The translations under genes were made by a program, and so were the position numbers. A stretch of DNA of 64,000 nucleotides from a virus. The notes under the pieces were generated by a model. The model saw only the letters and a program-made list of their open reading frames with translations, searched no databases and was not told where the DNA came from. The DNA is taken from positions 32,001 to 96,000 of the IMG/VR virus record IMGVR_UViG_3300035180_001563. One strand, 5' to 3'. The stretch's first letter is position 1. Every line of letters begins with the position of its first letter. Shown in pieces: positions 56,578-64,000 of the stretch.

Positions 56578-58175
56578 TACACTTGGTGGTATGCGTCAAG
56601 CCACCATTTGGGTGTTATATTTTTAGTTTGTTGTTTAAGATAACTAAACGAACTGTCGAGTATATATACTGTCCCCCAATCTTCCTTGTTTCTAACAACC
56701 CGACCGCTAGCTTGAATTACATCTATGAGTGTCTGTCTGAGGTACCATTGTTGTGATAGCTCAGCCTTTCGCTTAATCCACGCGTCTCCTAAAAACGGAA
56801 ATCCAACTTTAACAATAATTGCAAAACGTGATAAATCATCAACGAGATCCAAACCTTCGGTGATACTAGGAGATATTAACAACCCTGGCTTATCACTTTT
56901 TTGAAAACTTTCAATGATTAACCCCCTGTCAATACCACTTTCAGGGTTGTGGTGGAATATATTATGAGGTATTTTGTTTTTTAATTGTTCAGTTAACCAT
57001 TTAGCAATAGCAAAATTGGCAGTGTGTATAATTCCAGATTCGTTGTGGTGATGTTCATTCAACAATTGAACAATTGTTTCAATCATTTGCGTTCTACCCT
57101 TACTATTTTCAGGATTTTTCCAAGCAGCGTTCATCTTCATTACAGGCATAAAAAATATTGGTCGGTGTTCTTTTGAGAATTCCGAGTCTAAAGATAAGAA
57201 AGCAGCTTCTTTTGGATCAATACCTAAATCAGTACAGAACTGTTTATGGTCTAATATCGTTGATGAAAGAAACAAAAACCGATCGGCATGTTGTTCAAAA
57301 ACATTTTTAAAATTATGAGCAGCAGATAATCTTTTAATTTTCATATATGTTGGATCTTTAATGAGAACTAATTGGTCTGATATCTCTTTTTCATTTATTT
57401 CTCCAACTAAGTGAGATATTGTGGTTGAGTGTTCCAATAAACTATTGGTCTCACGCATCTTTCTAATCTCATCAGCTGTATGGGACTTTGAATTTGTAAA
57501 TGTATCTACTTCTTCCAACATGTCACTTAAAATAATATCAAGTTTTGAAAGGTAAGCAGATTTTAACCACATAAAAGCCTGTTGAACATTATCGTGTTCT
57601 TTGTATGGTAGGTTATACTTTTCACACCGCTTTTTCGATATAATAACAGCATCAAATTCAGTTAATTCTTGTTCTATATTATGACATTCATCAAATACCA
57701 TTAACTTGCGTTTATTTTTAAAAACTGTTGTGAAGCCCAATATCAACAATGCAAGTTTGTAATTCATTACAACATGAGGGGTTACTTTGGCTAGTGCCTT
57801 TGCATTTTCATAAGGACAGGAACCACATGGAGGTTTGATTAAACCTCCAATATCACAGGTAGTGTTTTTGTTGATGCAGTGATAATTACCCTTTCCATAT
57901 AATGTTGCCATAATACGTTGTGGGTTATCTACGAATGACCTTTCGTACTGTTGTTGGAGAATTTTTTGAGGAGTGAGAATAAAAGAACCACCCGGTGTGG
58001 TTTTACCTTCATTTAAATATTGTGCAAATGTTGTTGCTACATGAGATTTACCACCTCCAACAGGAATTTCACAAATCAGATATTTCGCAGTTTGTTTTTC
58101 TAACCATGTTAAAGCGTCAACTTGTGTCAGTCGAGGTTCACTTGTACTATGTGAGAAAAAGTCTAATATACCCAT
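56574..58175 (-). CDS. DinG/Rad3-like SF2 helicase
   Basis: PRLTQ, PVGGGKS, GKGNYHC..C..C..CPY Cys cluster, FDECH, EGLDL, QASGRVVR..DWG..YILDS. Confidence 0.85.
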   Translation of the reverse strand: MGILDFFSHSTSEPRLTQVDALTWLEKQTAKYLICEIPVGGGKSHVATTFAQYLNEGKTTPGGSFILTPQKILQQQYERSFVDNPQRIMATLYGKGNYHCINKNTTCDIGGLIKPPCGSCPYENAKALAKVTPHVVMNYKLALLILGFTTVFKNKRKLMVFDECHNIEQELTEFDAVIISKKRCEKYNLPYKEHDNVQQAFMWLKSAYLSKLDIILSDMLEEVDTFTNSKSHTADEIRKMRETNSLLEHSTTISHLVGEINEKEISDQLVLIKDPTYMKIKRLSAAHNFKNVFEQHADRFLFLSSTILDHKQFCTDLGIDPKEAAFLSLDSEFSKEHRPIFFMPVMKMNAAWKNPENSKGRTQMIETIVQLLNEHHHNESGIIHTANFAIAKWLTEQLKNKIPHNIFHHNPESGIDRGLIIESFQKSDKPGLLISPSITEGLDLVDDLSRFAIIVKVGFPFLGDAWIKRKAELSQQWYLRQTLIDVIQASGRVVRNKEDWGTVYILDSSFSYLKQQTKNITPKWWLDAYHQVY

Positions 58176-58253
58176 TTGTGTAAAACCTTATTATTAATAA
58201 ATTTCATTTTACACTACTTTGTAATAAATATAAACAATTGACTCTGAACTTTT

Positions 58254-58988
58254 ATGAAATTAACATTTAAACAGTATATCATCTCAGAAGTTGAACTCTC
58301 CGCAAACTTTCCAATACACAAGGAATTGGAACAGTCTATTTGGGATAAAAATGTATTGAGAACTGATGTTAAAGCTGCTATGAAAAAGATTGCAAAAGAA
58401 TTTGAAAAATTTCTCGAATCTCCAGATGTTAAAGTTGTAGATGTTATTTTTACAGGAAGTCTTGCCAATTTTAATTACACAAAATATTCAGATGTTGATA
58501 TTCATCTGATATTGGATGCAAAATCAAGTGATAATGATCAATGTGTAATCGACTTACGTGAATTTTTAATGGCAAAGAAAAATTTATGGAACCAAACACA
58601 TAATATAGTTATACACAAGTTCCCAGTAGAAGTATATGCTCAGCTTGCAGATGAAAGTAACGTTGCGAGTGGGGTATACAGTTTAACTAAAGATGAGTGG
58701 ATCACAAAACCGACCCACATTTCAAAAAAATATAACAAATACGCCGTTGAAGTGAAGGCAAAACACCTTGCTCATGCTATTGATAAAGTAATAGAGGATA
58801 AAGTTGATGATAGTGACGTTTTAAAGAAAATCATGGAAAAAATCAAGACCATGAGAAAAAGTGGTTTAGAAAAAGGAGGCGAGATGTCGGAAGAAAATCT
58901 CGCCTTTAAAGTTCTCAGAAACAACGGTTATTTAGAAAAACTCACGAAATATCGTACCAAAGTAAGGGATAAAACACTGTCATTGTGA
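58254..58988 (+). CDS. Pol-beta-superfamily nucleotidyltransferase with capsid-targeting-like N-terminus
   Basis: FTGSLANFNYTKYSDVDIH, PVEVY, RKSGL..GGE.S.ENLAFK.LR; ATAAATA at 58224-58230. Confidence 0.75.
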   Translation: MKLTFKQYIISEVELSANFPIHKELEQSIWDKNVLRTDVKAAMKKIAKEFEKFLESPDVKVVDVIFTGSLANFNYTKYSDVDIHLILDAKSSDNDQCVIDLREFLMAKKNLWNQTHNIVIHKFPVEVYAQLADESNVASGVYSLTKDEWITKPTHISKKYNKYAVEVKAKHLAHAIDKVIEDKVDDSDVLKKIMEKIKTMRKSGLEKGGEMSEENLAFKVLRNNGYLEKLTKYRTKVRDKTLSL

Positions 58989-59567
58989 GTTAAACTCTTT
59001 AACCCGCATAGTTGCTCGTTTAAGTTCTTCATAAGAAGTGTTCATCCAACGTTCTTGAGCAAATTTTTCATACTCTACTCCAGTCATCTTTTTTCTGTTA
59101 GCTTCATCGTCGTATATTACAGTTTGAAATGTGCTTCGAGCATATAGTATAAGTGGTAAACCTACTACCAAATCAAGTATCAAACCAAACACCATTATAG
59201 CCATAAGAATAAAAGCGAGTAACGCCATACCATGTTCTACACCCAATAGAGTACTTTGAATTAACGATGCTTGCTGTCCATCTTCGTGTTGATCAGTTAA
59301 TTCGGACAACACTCCACCAACAACTGCTCCAGTCATAATTGCTCTCGACGTGGGACTTGACATTCCTAGTTGTTCTTTAATAATATTGATAGCAAAAATA
59401 GTACCTACCTGTATCACATAATTGTTTCCGATGTACAACCCACTCTTAACCACATCTGGCCAGTGTCGATCTGGACCATCAACTTCTTTGAATGGTTTAT
59501 ATACTTGAAGCAGTGCAGCCACATCAGGTGAAATGTAGTGTACTGAATTGTATCTCAAAGTTCTCAT
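58980..59567 (-). CDS. Hypothetical membrane protein (probably early)
   Basis: GGAG RBS; long hydrophobic segment; own sigma70-like promoter. Confidence 0.55.
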   Translation of the reverse strand: MRTLRYNSVHYISPDVAALLQVYKPFKEVDGPDRHWPDVVKSGLYIGNNYVIQVGTIFAINIIKEQLGMSSPTSRAIMTGAVVGGVLSELTDQHEDGQQASLIQSTLLGVEHGMALLAFILMAIMVFGLILDLVVGLPLILYARSTFQTVIYDDEANRKKMTGVEYEKFAQERWMNTSYEELKRATMRVKEFNSQ

Positions 59568-59596
59568 GATATTCTCCGTGTGGTTTATGTATGTCC

Positions 59597-59624
59597 ATAA
59601 TACCCTAATTTTTATTTAAGTCAA
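59597..59624 (-). promoter_or_regulatory. Sigma70-type promoter
   Basis: TTGACT-N16-TATTAT directly after a terminator. Confidence 0.55.
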
Positions 59625-59625
59625 C

Positions 59626-59652
59626 AAAAAAGGACGCGTCGCGTCCTTTTTT
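59626..59652. terminator. Intrinsic terminator
   Basis: AAAAAAGGACGC-GTC-GCGTCCTTTTTT. Confidence 0.85.
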
Positions 59653-59671
59653 CTTCCCTTCCCTTGAGAAT

Positions 59672-60097
59672 TTAATTACTTTGAATATCTACCACTCCTG
59701 ATGGTGTATTCATAGCTGCCTGATCTTCTGGAGAATTTCCACTTCCAACAGTTGATTCATCATCTAATGATTCAGGACAGACTTGCTTACATACTTCTAT
59801 ATAATCATCCATATCTAGAGGGGAATGTTTAAAACTACACACTATCAAAGCGTTTGCGAATTCGTGTAACATTACATCATCTTTTGCATCTTCGTGTGAC
59901 CACTCCATTATACGAATCAAAGTTGGAACATCCATTGCTACTACATCAGGGTGATCTTGTGGTTGATCACGAAATACAGCAGTTGCTGGATCTGAATCTG
60001 GATTAGCTTCTGGATCATATGGTACCTGTTGTTGAGACATGGAAGTGTCAAACTCAAAATCACCCTCATTCATTTTCTTTAATAATTTGAAAGCCAT
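59672..60097 (-). CDS. Hypothetical acidic protein
   Basis: AAGGA RBS; DVVAMDVPTLIRIMEWSHEDA..D..LH..A....LDMDDY motif. Confidence 0.6.
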   Translation of the reverse strand: MAFKLLKKMNEGDFEFDTSMSQQQVPYDPEANPDSDPATAVFRDQPQDHPDVVAMDVPTLIRIMEWSHEDAKDDVMLHEFANALIVCSFKHSPLDMDDYIEVCKQVCPESLDDESTVGSGNSPEDQAAMNTPSGVVDIQSN

Positions 60098-60122
60098 AAT
60101 AATATTCCTTTGTTGTATTCAG

Positions 60123-60596
60123 TTATTTATAACAAGCTAACCAAAAAGCATCACAAACATCTGCTAGTCCAGTTGTTTTTTTGTATCGTCCCTTAAATAA
60201 CTCTAATATTTCTGGAGATAGAGATGATATCATTGCTGCCTTATCTGCTTTTCCAGATCCAGTTGCAAACTTTTTCAAAGATGTAGGAGCAATAATTCTA
60301 CAATTAATGTTGATGTTATTGTTTCGAAGTCCTGTTATCAAAACAAACAACAAACCAGCTAAGTCTCTTGTGGCATCACCTCGTATCCCAAAAGCAAGCC
60401 CTTCGAAATTCACACTGTGTATATTGTGTTTTATAATTAAATTTTGAAATACAGTTGATATTTGACGTGCACGATCATATATGTCTAGTGCAGCATCAGA
60501 TTTGAAAGTTCCAAATTCTATGATATTTCTCGTTTCAGATCCATCTAGAACACAAAATCCTGAATTGGTATATGACTGATCGAACCCTAAGATCAT
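60123..60596 (-). CDS. ruvC: RuvC-like Holliday junction resolvase
   Basis: ILGFDQS..NSG, FEG, PTSLKKFATGSGKADK, DVCDAF. Confidence 0.88.
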   Translation of the reverse strand: MILGFDQSYTNSGFCVLDGSETRNIIEFGTFKSDAALDIYDRARQISTVFQNLIIKHNIHSVNFEGLAFGIRGDATRDLAGLLFVLITGLRNNNININCRIIAPTSLKKFATGSGKADKAAMISSLSPEILELFKGRYKKTTGLADVCDAFWLACYK

Positions 60597-60633
60597 TATA
60601 ACCTCTTATAAACGTGAGGTTATTTATACCTAA

Positions 60634-60790
60634 GTGAACTACCCCAATGCTAAAGCATTGGGGCTTCCAGGCCAACGCCCAGATTTTCCTGCTTCATCAT
60701 TGTATAACTAGATATATCATATGCTATATCCCCACCAGAGGCAACTCCACAGGCGTAAATTCCGCTAGTTCCCAGCGTATTTAAACCGAT
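60634..60790 (-). ncRNA. Putative TnpB omega-RNA scaffold (5' boundary approximate)
   Basis: Omega-RNAs overlap the tnpB 3' end and end at the right end; this segment is retained intact here. Confidence 0.5.
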
Positions 60791-60974
60791 GTTCCGAATA
60801 TTAATCGCAGCATTAATGTCAAACTGAAAATTAAATTTTCCCTTCAACAGCACATTTGTCAATATTTGCTTTTAACATCTGATTCCACAACCAACGAACC
60901 GATCCACCCGTCTGTTTTAGCGCGGTTTCCTGATCTGGTGTTGGATTTAATCGGAACGTGAATGCCTTATGCAA
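60650..60974 (-). pseudogene. tnpB: tnpB remnant: N-terminal HTH region joined, via frameshift and deletion, to the extreme C-terminus
   Basis: GGAG plus TTG: LHKAFTFRLNPTPDQE.ALKQTGGSVRWLWNQML; in another frame DINAAINI...GTSGIYACG...MKQE..EAPML. Confidence 0.85.
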
Positions 60975-61073
60975 CTTATGTTCTCCATTTGTATAAGAGT
61001 ATTTGTGATGAAAGTTAGAAGAGAGACCAACTAATTCATCCCCGTCTGGGATGAATTAGTTGAGAAGATTGAT

Positions 61074-61097
61074 AAAAAGGGGTCCTAGGACCCCTTT
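61074..61097 (-). terminator. Intrinsic terminator after the lipoprotein gene
   Basis: AAAGGGGTCC-TA-GGACCCCTTTTT. Confidence 0.75.
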
Positions 61098-61120
61098 ATA
61101 TTATTAACACGGTTGTGATT

Positions 61121-61798
61121 TTAGTTTGTGATCGTTCCGGTTCCACTTGTTCCACCAGCATTCGTAACTGTTGGTGCATATGTACCAGTACCGGTTGTTC
61201 CAGTTCCTGTTAATGAAGACAACGTACCAGCACCTAACACACCAGTTCCAGATAATGATGAATATGTACCAGAACCAATCGTACCCGTACCACTCAAGTC
61301 ACTTGAACTGAACGATCCACTTCCAATCACACCATTGCCACCAATCGTTATATTAGGGGCAGGGGCCTGTACATATTGATAACCAGTGGTGCTGCCCTTA
61401 GTAATTGCATCAATCATGTTAGAACCAGCCTTACCAACTGCCAATATCTGACCTATCGGAGCAGCAGCACCAATAATAGCCTTCGCTAACTCAAGATTCT
61501 GGTTAACTGGAGGTTGGTATGGTGTGATTTGAGCTGACATGTTTTGTGAACCATTCTGTGGGGCGTATACCCTAAACTCTTTAACACCCTTTATTTCTAT
61601 TGATTCACCTTCTCGTGCAACAATGTCAACTAGTGGTCGATCTGCTGCAGCTTCTGCCATTTTAATGTCTCTTTGTGAAGATACGTATAACGCATAATTG
61701 GGGTCTACTTTTGTGGGTGTTTGTGAACACCCAGTTAAATATATCGCCACCAACGCTATGGCTGTCGAACTTACTACTGTCTTAACCAAATGTTTCAT
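61121..61798 (-). CDS. Lipoprotein with C-terminal Gly/Ser/Thr repeats
   Basis: Signal peptide plus LTGC lipobox (Cys24); AGGAG RBS; repeated SSL(S/T)GTGxxGxGT units. Confidence 0.7.
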   Translation of the reverse strand: MKHLVKTVVSSTAIALVAIYLTGCSQTPTKVDPNYALYVSSQRDIKMAEAAADRPLVDIVAREGESIEIKGVKEFRVYAPQNGSQNMSAQITPYQPPVNQNLELAKAIIGAAAPIGQILAVGKAGSNMIDAITKGSTTGYQYVQAPAPNITIGGNGVIGSGSFSSSDLSGTGTIGSGTYSSLSGTGVLGAGTLSSLTGTGTTGTGTYAPTVTNAGGTSGTGTITN

Positions 61799-61844
61799 TT
61801 ATTTCTCCTTGAAAAACTGTTTGTGAGGTATTAACCCTCAAATT

Positions 61845-61873
61845 ATAATACATTATTTTGTAAAAAGATACAA
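61845..61873 (-). promoter_or_regulatory. Sigma70-type promoter for the lipoprotein gene
   Basis: TTGTAT-N17-TATTAT. Confidence 0.45.
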
Positions 61874-61902
61874 CATATATTTAGTATCGACTATAAATTC
61901 AG

Positions 61903-64000
61903 TTACTCTTCTTGAAGTGACTCAATTGGGTCAAAAGTGTCTACTTCTTGTATACTACTGAAACCACCTTTCATCTGAACGGTGAGAGTTCTATCAAAAA
62001 CGCTTCCAATTTCATCTCGGTGAGAAATGATGTAAATATTCAGATCTTCATCTCTAGCCTTCTTCTTTAGCATCTTAGCTGACGATTGAACCCCCACAGA
62101 ATCCAAACCAACATCAAGCACTTCATCTAATAAACAAATGTTAATTGGTGTGTGTAATTTTTGTAAGACATCTCTAAACGCCAAAGATAATGCCAGATTG
62201 ACTCGGGCACGTTGTCCATTTGACAAGTTTCCAAAACTTAAAGGTCTTCCATATAAACTAATCTTTGCTGTCATTTCATGAGTAAACTCAACTCGATGAA
62301 CTAACCCAACCTGAGTCAAGTAATGATGAAGTCTCATGTTTAAGAACGGCAAGTTTCTATTAAGTAAAGCCTTTCTAACGAAACTATCCTTTTTTGTTAA
62401 AAGCTTTAACAAGAACTGTTGATGGTCTTGTGTTTTCTTCATCTCATTCAGATTCGTATAATCAATTGGATCGATATCCAATTGTTCTAATTCTCGGAGA
62501 GGCTCCAAGAAAGGGTTTACAGATTTTGTTAAATCTTCCACTTTCTGTATAATTACCTGTTTTTGAGTGTGAATCTCAACCAATTGTTCTATGTCATCAA
62601 CCTGCTTTTGTTTCTTTTTAATCTTTAATAAAGTAGATAGATCTTCATCATCGGCGTCAGCGTCGTCTAACCGTTCACTGTATTGACTTAATAGTGTTTT
62701 TGCTTCTTCTAGATTATCTGTGCATTGAGAAATCTTTGATTCAGCATCGGCAAATTGTTGTAAACAATATGGACACTTTTGATCGGATAAATGGATAAGC
62801 TCATGTGTACTATCTTTAATAGTTTTTTCACATCGAAGAATAGAAGCTTTCAACTGCTTCCGTTCCAACATATTATCCTTTAGTTGTTTTTCCAATTCAG
62901 TAACTTCAGTATGTAACTTTTTTTCAACTTCAACGTCAACTGATTCTGCTTCTTCTAATTTTCTCTCATAGTCAACGATTGTTTGAGCATTCGTGTGTGA
63001 CCATGTTTCAACTCGCTGTTGAGCAACTTTGAGTTGATCGTTATATCTCGAGTGTTCCTTTTCTAATTGTTCAATACGAACTTTTTGAATCGTCATCGAG
63101 TCTTCATTTGATTTAATCATTTCCTTTAAGATGACTGCTTGTTCAGATAACACTGTAAGGTTGAATAACCGTTCGATAAAGTCAGTTTGATTGGCTTGAT
63201 AATGAGAATTCACAGGCATATCTAAGAAAGGAGTATGATTTGCAGATATAACAACAATCCGAACAAACATATCGTATGGCATTCCAATTACATCTTGTAT
63301 AGCTAGATCTGTGTTTTTTACGCTATCCCGAGCTTTATTATCCCCATTAACAAAAAAGTGTACAGAGTTTTCTCTTCCAGACTTTCCAGACTTTCTTCTT
63401 CGTTCAATTTTATATTGAACTCCACCTTTTTCAAATTCAACAATAACTTCAAGATTTTTTCCATTGATATTATTTATCAAATCGTCAACTTTAATATCAG
63501 AAATTGGTCTATCATAGATTGCATAGGTAAGAGCATTCATTAATGTTGTGTTATGAGTTACGATAAAGTTGTCGGTTATGTATAAGTGATCTGGGTGATC
63601 GATCATAATACACTTTGTGTTCTGCATTCCTAAAAAATCAATAGAGTCTATCCTTAATCCCATGTTTGCATATTGTGTTTGTCCTGTTGTCACCCGATCT
63701 TTTTTTCGAGTCAAGGAGAATAGTTGAGATGGGGTGTGATAATTAATACTTACGTTGAAAGATGGGCGTCCAGGAATCCTTTCATTATTCTTATTCTTAT
63801 AAAATGGTAAACGTGTGGTCATTTTAGCTGTTCCACCCAACGACCTAACAAGATATTGAACGTCTGTTGCTAGTCTTAAACTTGTGGATGAGAAAGATAT
63901 GTTGTGTGTTTTACCAACTGTACCGTCTGTATCAAGTAAACCCTGTAATAGTTGCAATTTCTGCATTTGAGACGTTTTGAGCATATATTGGTCTGGTATA
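61903..64000 (-). CDS. gp46: gp46/SbcC/Rad50-like recombination ATPase (5' end off window), intein-containing
   Basis: TTLMNAL after the intein, CPYC zinc hook, LSNGQRARV signature, LLDEVLD, IISH. Confidence 0.9.
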   Translation of the reverse strand, partial: IPDQYMLKTSQMQKLQLLQGLLDTDGTVGKTHNISFSSTSLRLATDVQYLVRSLGGTAKMTTRLPFYKNKNNERIPGRPSFNVSINYHTPSQLFSLTRKKDRVTTGQTQYANMGLRIDSIDFLGMQNTKCIMIDHPDHLYITDNFIVTHNTTLMNALTYAIYDRPISDIKVDDLINNINGKNLEVIVEFEKGGVQYKIERRRKSGKSGRENSVHFFVNGDNKARDSVKNTDLAIQDVIGMPYDMFVRIVVISANHTPFLDMPVNSHYQANQTDFIERLFNLTVLSEQAVILKEMIKSNEDSMTIQKVRIEQLEKEHSRYNDQLKVAQQRVETWSHTNAQTIVDYERKLEEAESVDVEVEKKLHTEVTELEKQLKDNMLERKQLKASILRCEKTIKDSTHELIHLSDQKCPYCLQQFADAESKISQCTDNLEEAKTLLSQYSERLDDADADDEDLSTLLKIKKKQKQVDDIEQLVEIHTQKQVIIQKVEDLTKSVNPFLEPLRELEQLDIDPIDYTNLNEMKKTQDHQQFLLKLLTKKDSFVRKALLNRNLPFLNMRLHHYLTQVGLVHRVEFTHEMTAKISLYGRPLSFGNLSNGQRARVNLALSLAFRDVLQKLHTPINICLLDEVLDVGLDSVGVQSSAKMLKKKARDEDLNIYIISHRDEIGSVFDRTLTVQMKGGFSSIQEVDTFDPIESLQEE
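63550..64000 (-). mobile_element. Intein with LAGLIDADG endonuclease domain (C-terminal part)
   Basis: LLQGLLDTDG, LVRSLG, CIMID..DHLYITDNFIVTHN|T. Confidence 0.9.

Larger units (their letters stand above)
3883..60628. promoter_or_regulatory. Dispersed T4-type late promoters (T)ATAAATA, about 26 copies
   Basis: Minus-strand copies start at 3883, 10070, 12843, 14033, 14762, 24147, 27061, 27884, 28360, 30238, 30954, 32459, 34907, 35778, 38513, 41578, 41956, 44216, 46709, 49614, 55484, 60621; plus-strand at 21861, 22998, 50640, 58224. Each lies shortly upstream of a co-oriented gene. Confidence 0.85.
60634..61071 (-). mobile_element. Non-autonomous IS200/IS605-family element (438 bp) with internally deleted tnpB
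   Basis: TTTAT|CAATCTTCTCAACTAA left end with 15-bp hairpin (61028-61062); right end GCCCCAATGCTTTAGCATTGGGGTAGTTCAC. Confidence 0.85.

Noticed and set aside
159-63543. Many 60-235 aa ORFs antisense to or overlapping real genes (e.g. 3423-3899, 19005-19619, 52718-53425, 47448-47651)
   Set aside because: Shadow frames of biased coding sequence; no RBS or recognisable motifs
1-64000. Alternative genetic code (stop recoding)
   Set aside because: Core genes are full length in the standard code; TAA, TAG and TGA all occur as genuine stops

Overview
AT-rich 64-kb segment of a large T4-like (T4-superfamily) myophage genome, read in the standard code and mostly on the minus strand. In coordinate order it holds a recombination block (uvsW, uvsY, uvsX, gp32); a modular tail-fibre/adhesin cluster; a fractured terminase; gp16, gp4, tail tube and sheath, neck (gp15/14/13) and head (gp23/22/21/20) genes; tape measure plus a chaperone pair; a DinG-like helicase; two nucleotidyltransferases; RuvC; and an intein-containing gp46. 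About 26 copies of a T4-type late promoter (ATAAATA) mark the transcription units. Main observations: (1) terL is split by an atypical trans-splicing split intein (38-aa N part, 115-aa C part) with an endonuclease gene in between, whose promoter, RBS and start codon lie inside the N-intein codons. (2) Nine free-standing Vsr/DUF559-like endonucleases occupy about 13 kb, and six carry a conserved C-terminal GNAT/Mom-like domain. (3) An internally deleted IS200/IS605 TnpB element keeps its omega-RNA end, and a 51-bp sister element sits next to a late promoter; both follow TTTAT. (4) A predicted -1 frameshift fuses the tail chaperone pair. (5) A late nucleotidyltransferase has a T4-like capsid-targeting N-terminus. 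All calls come from motif recognition by eye; no database searches were run. No tRNA, rRNA or CRISPR array was seen.
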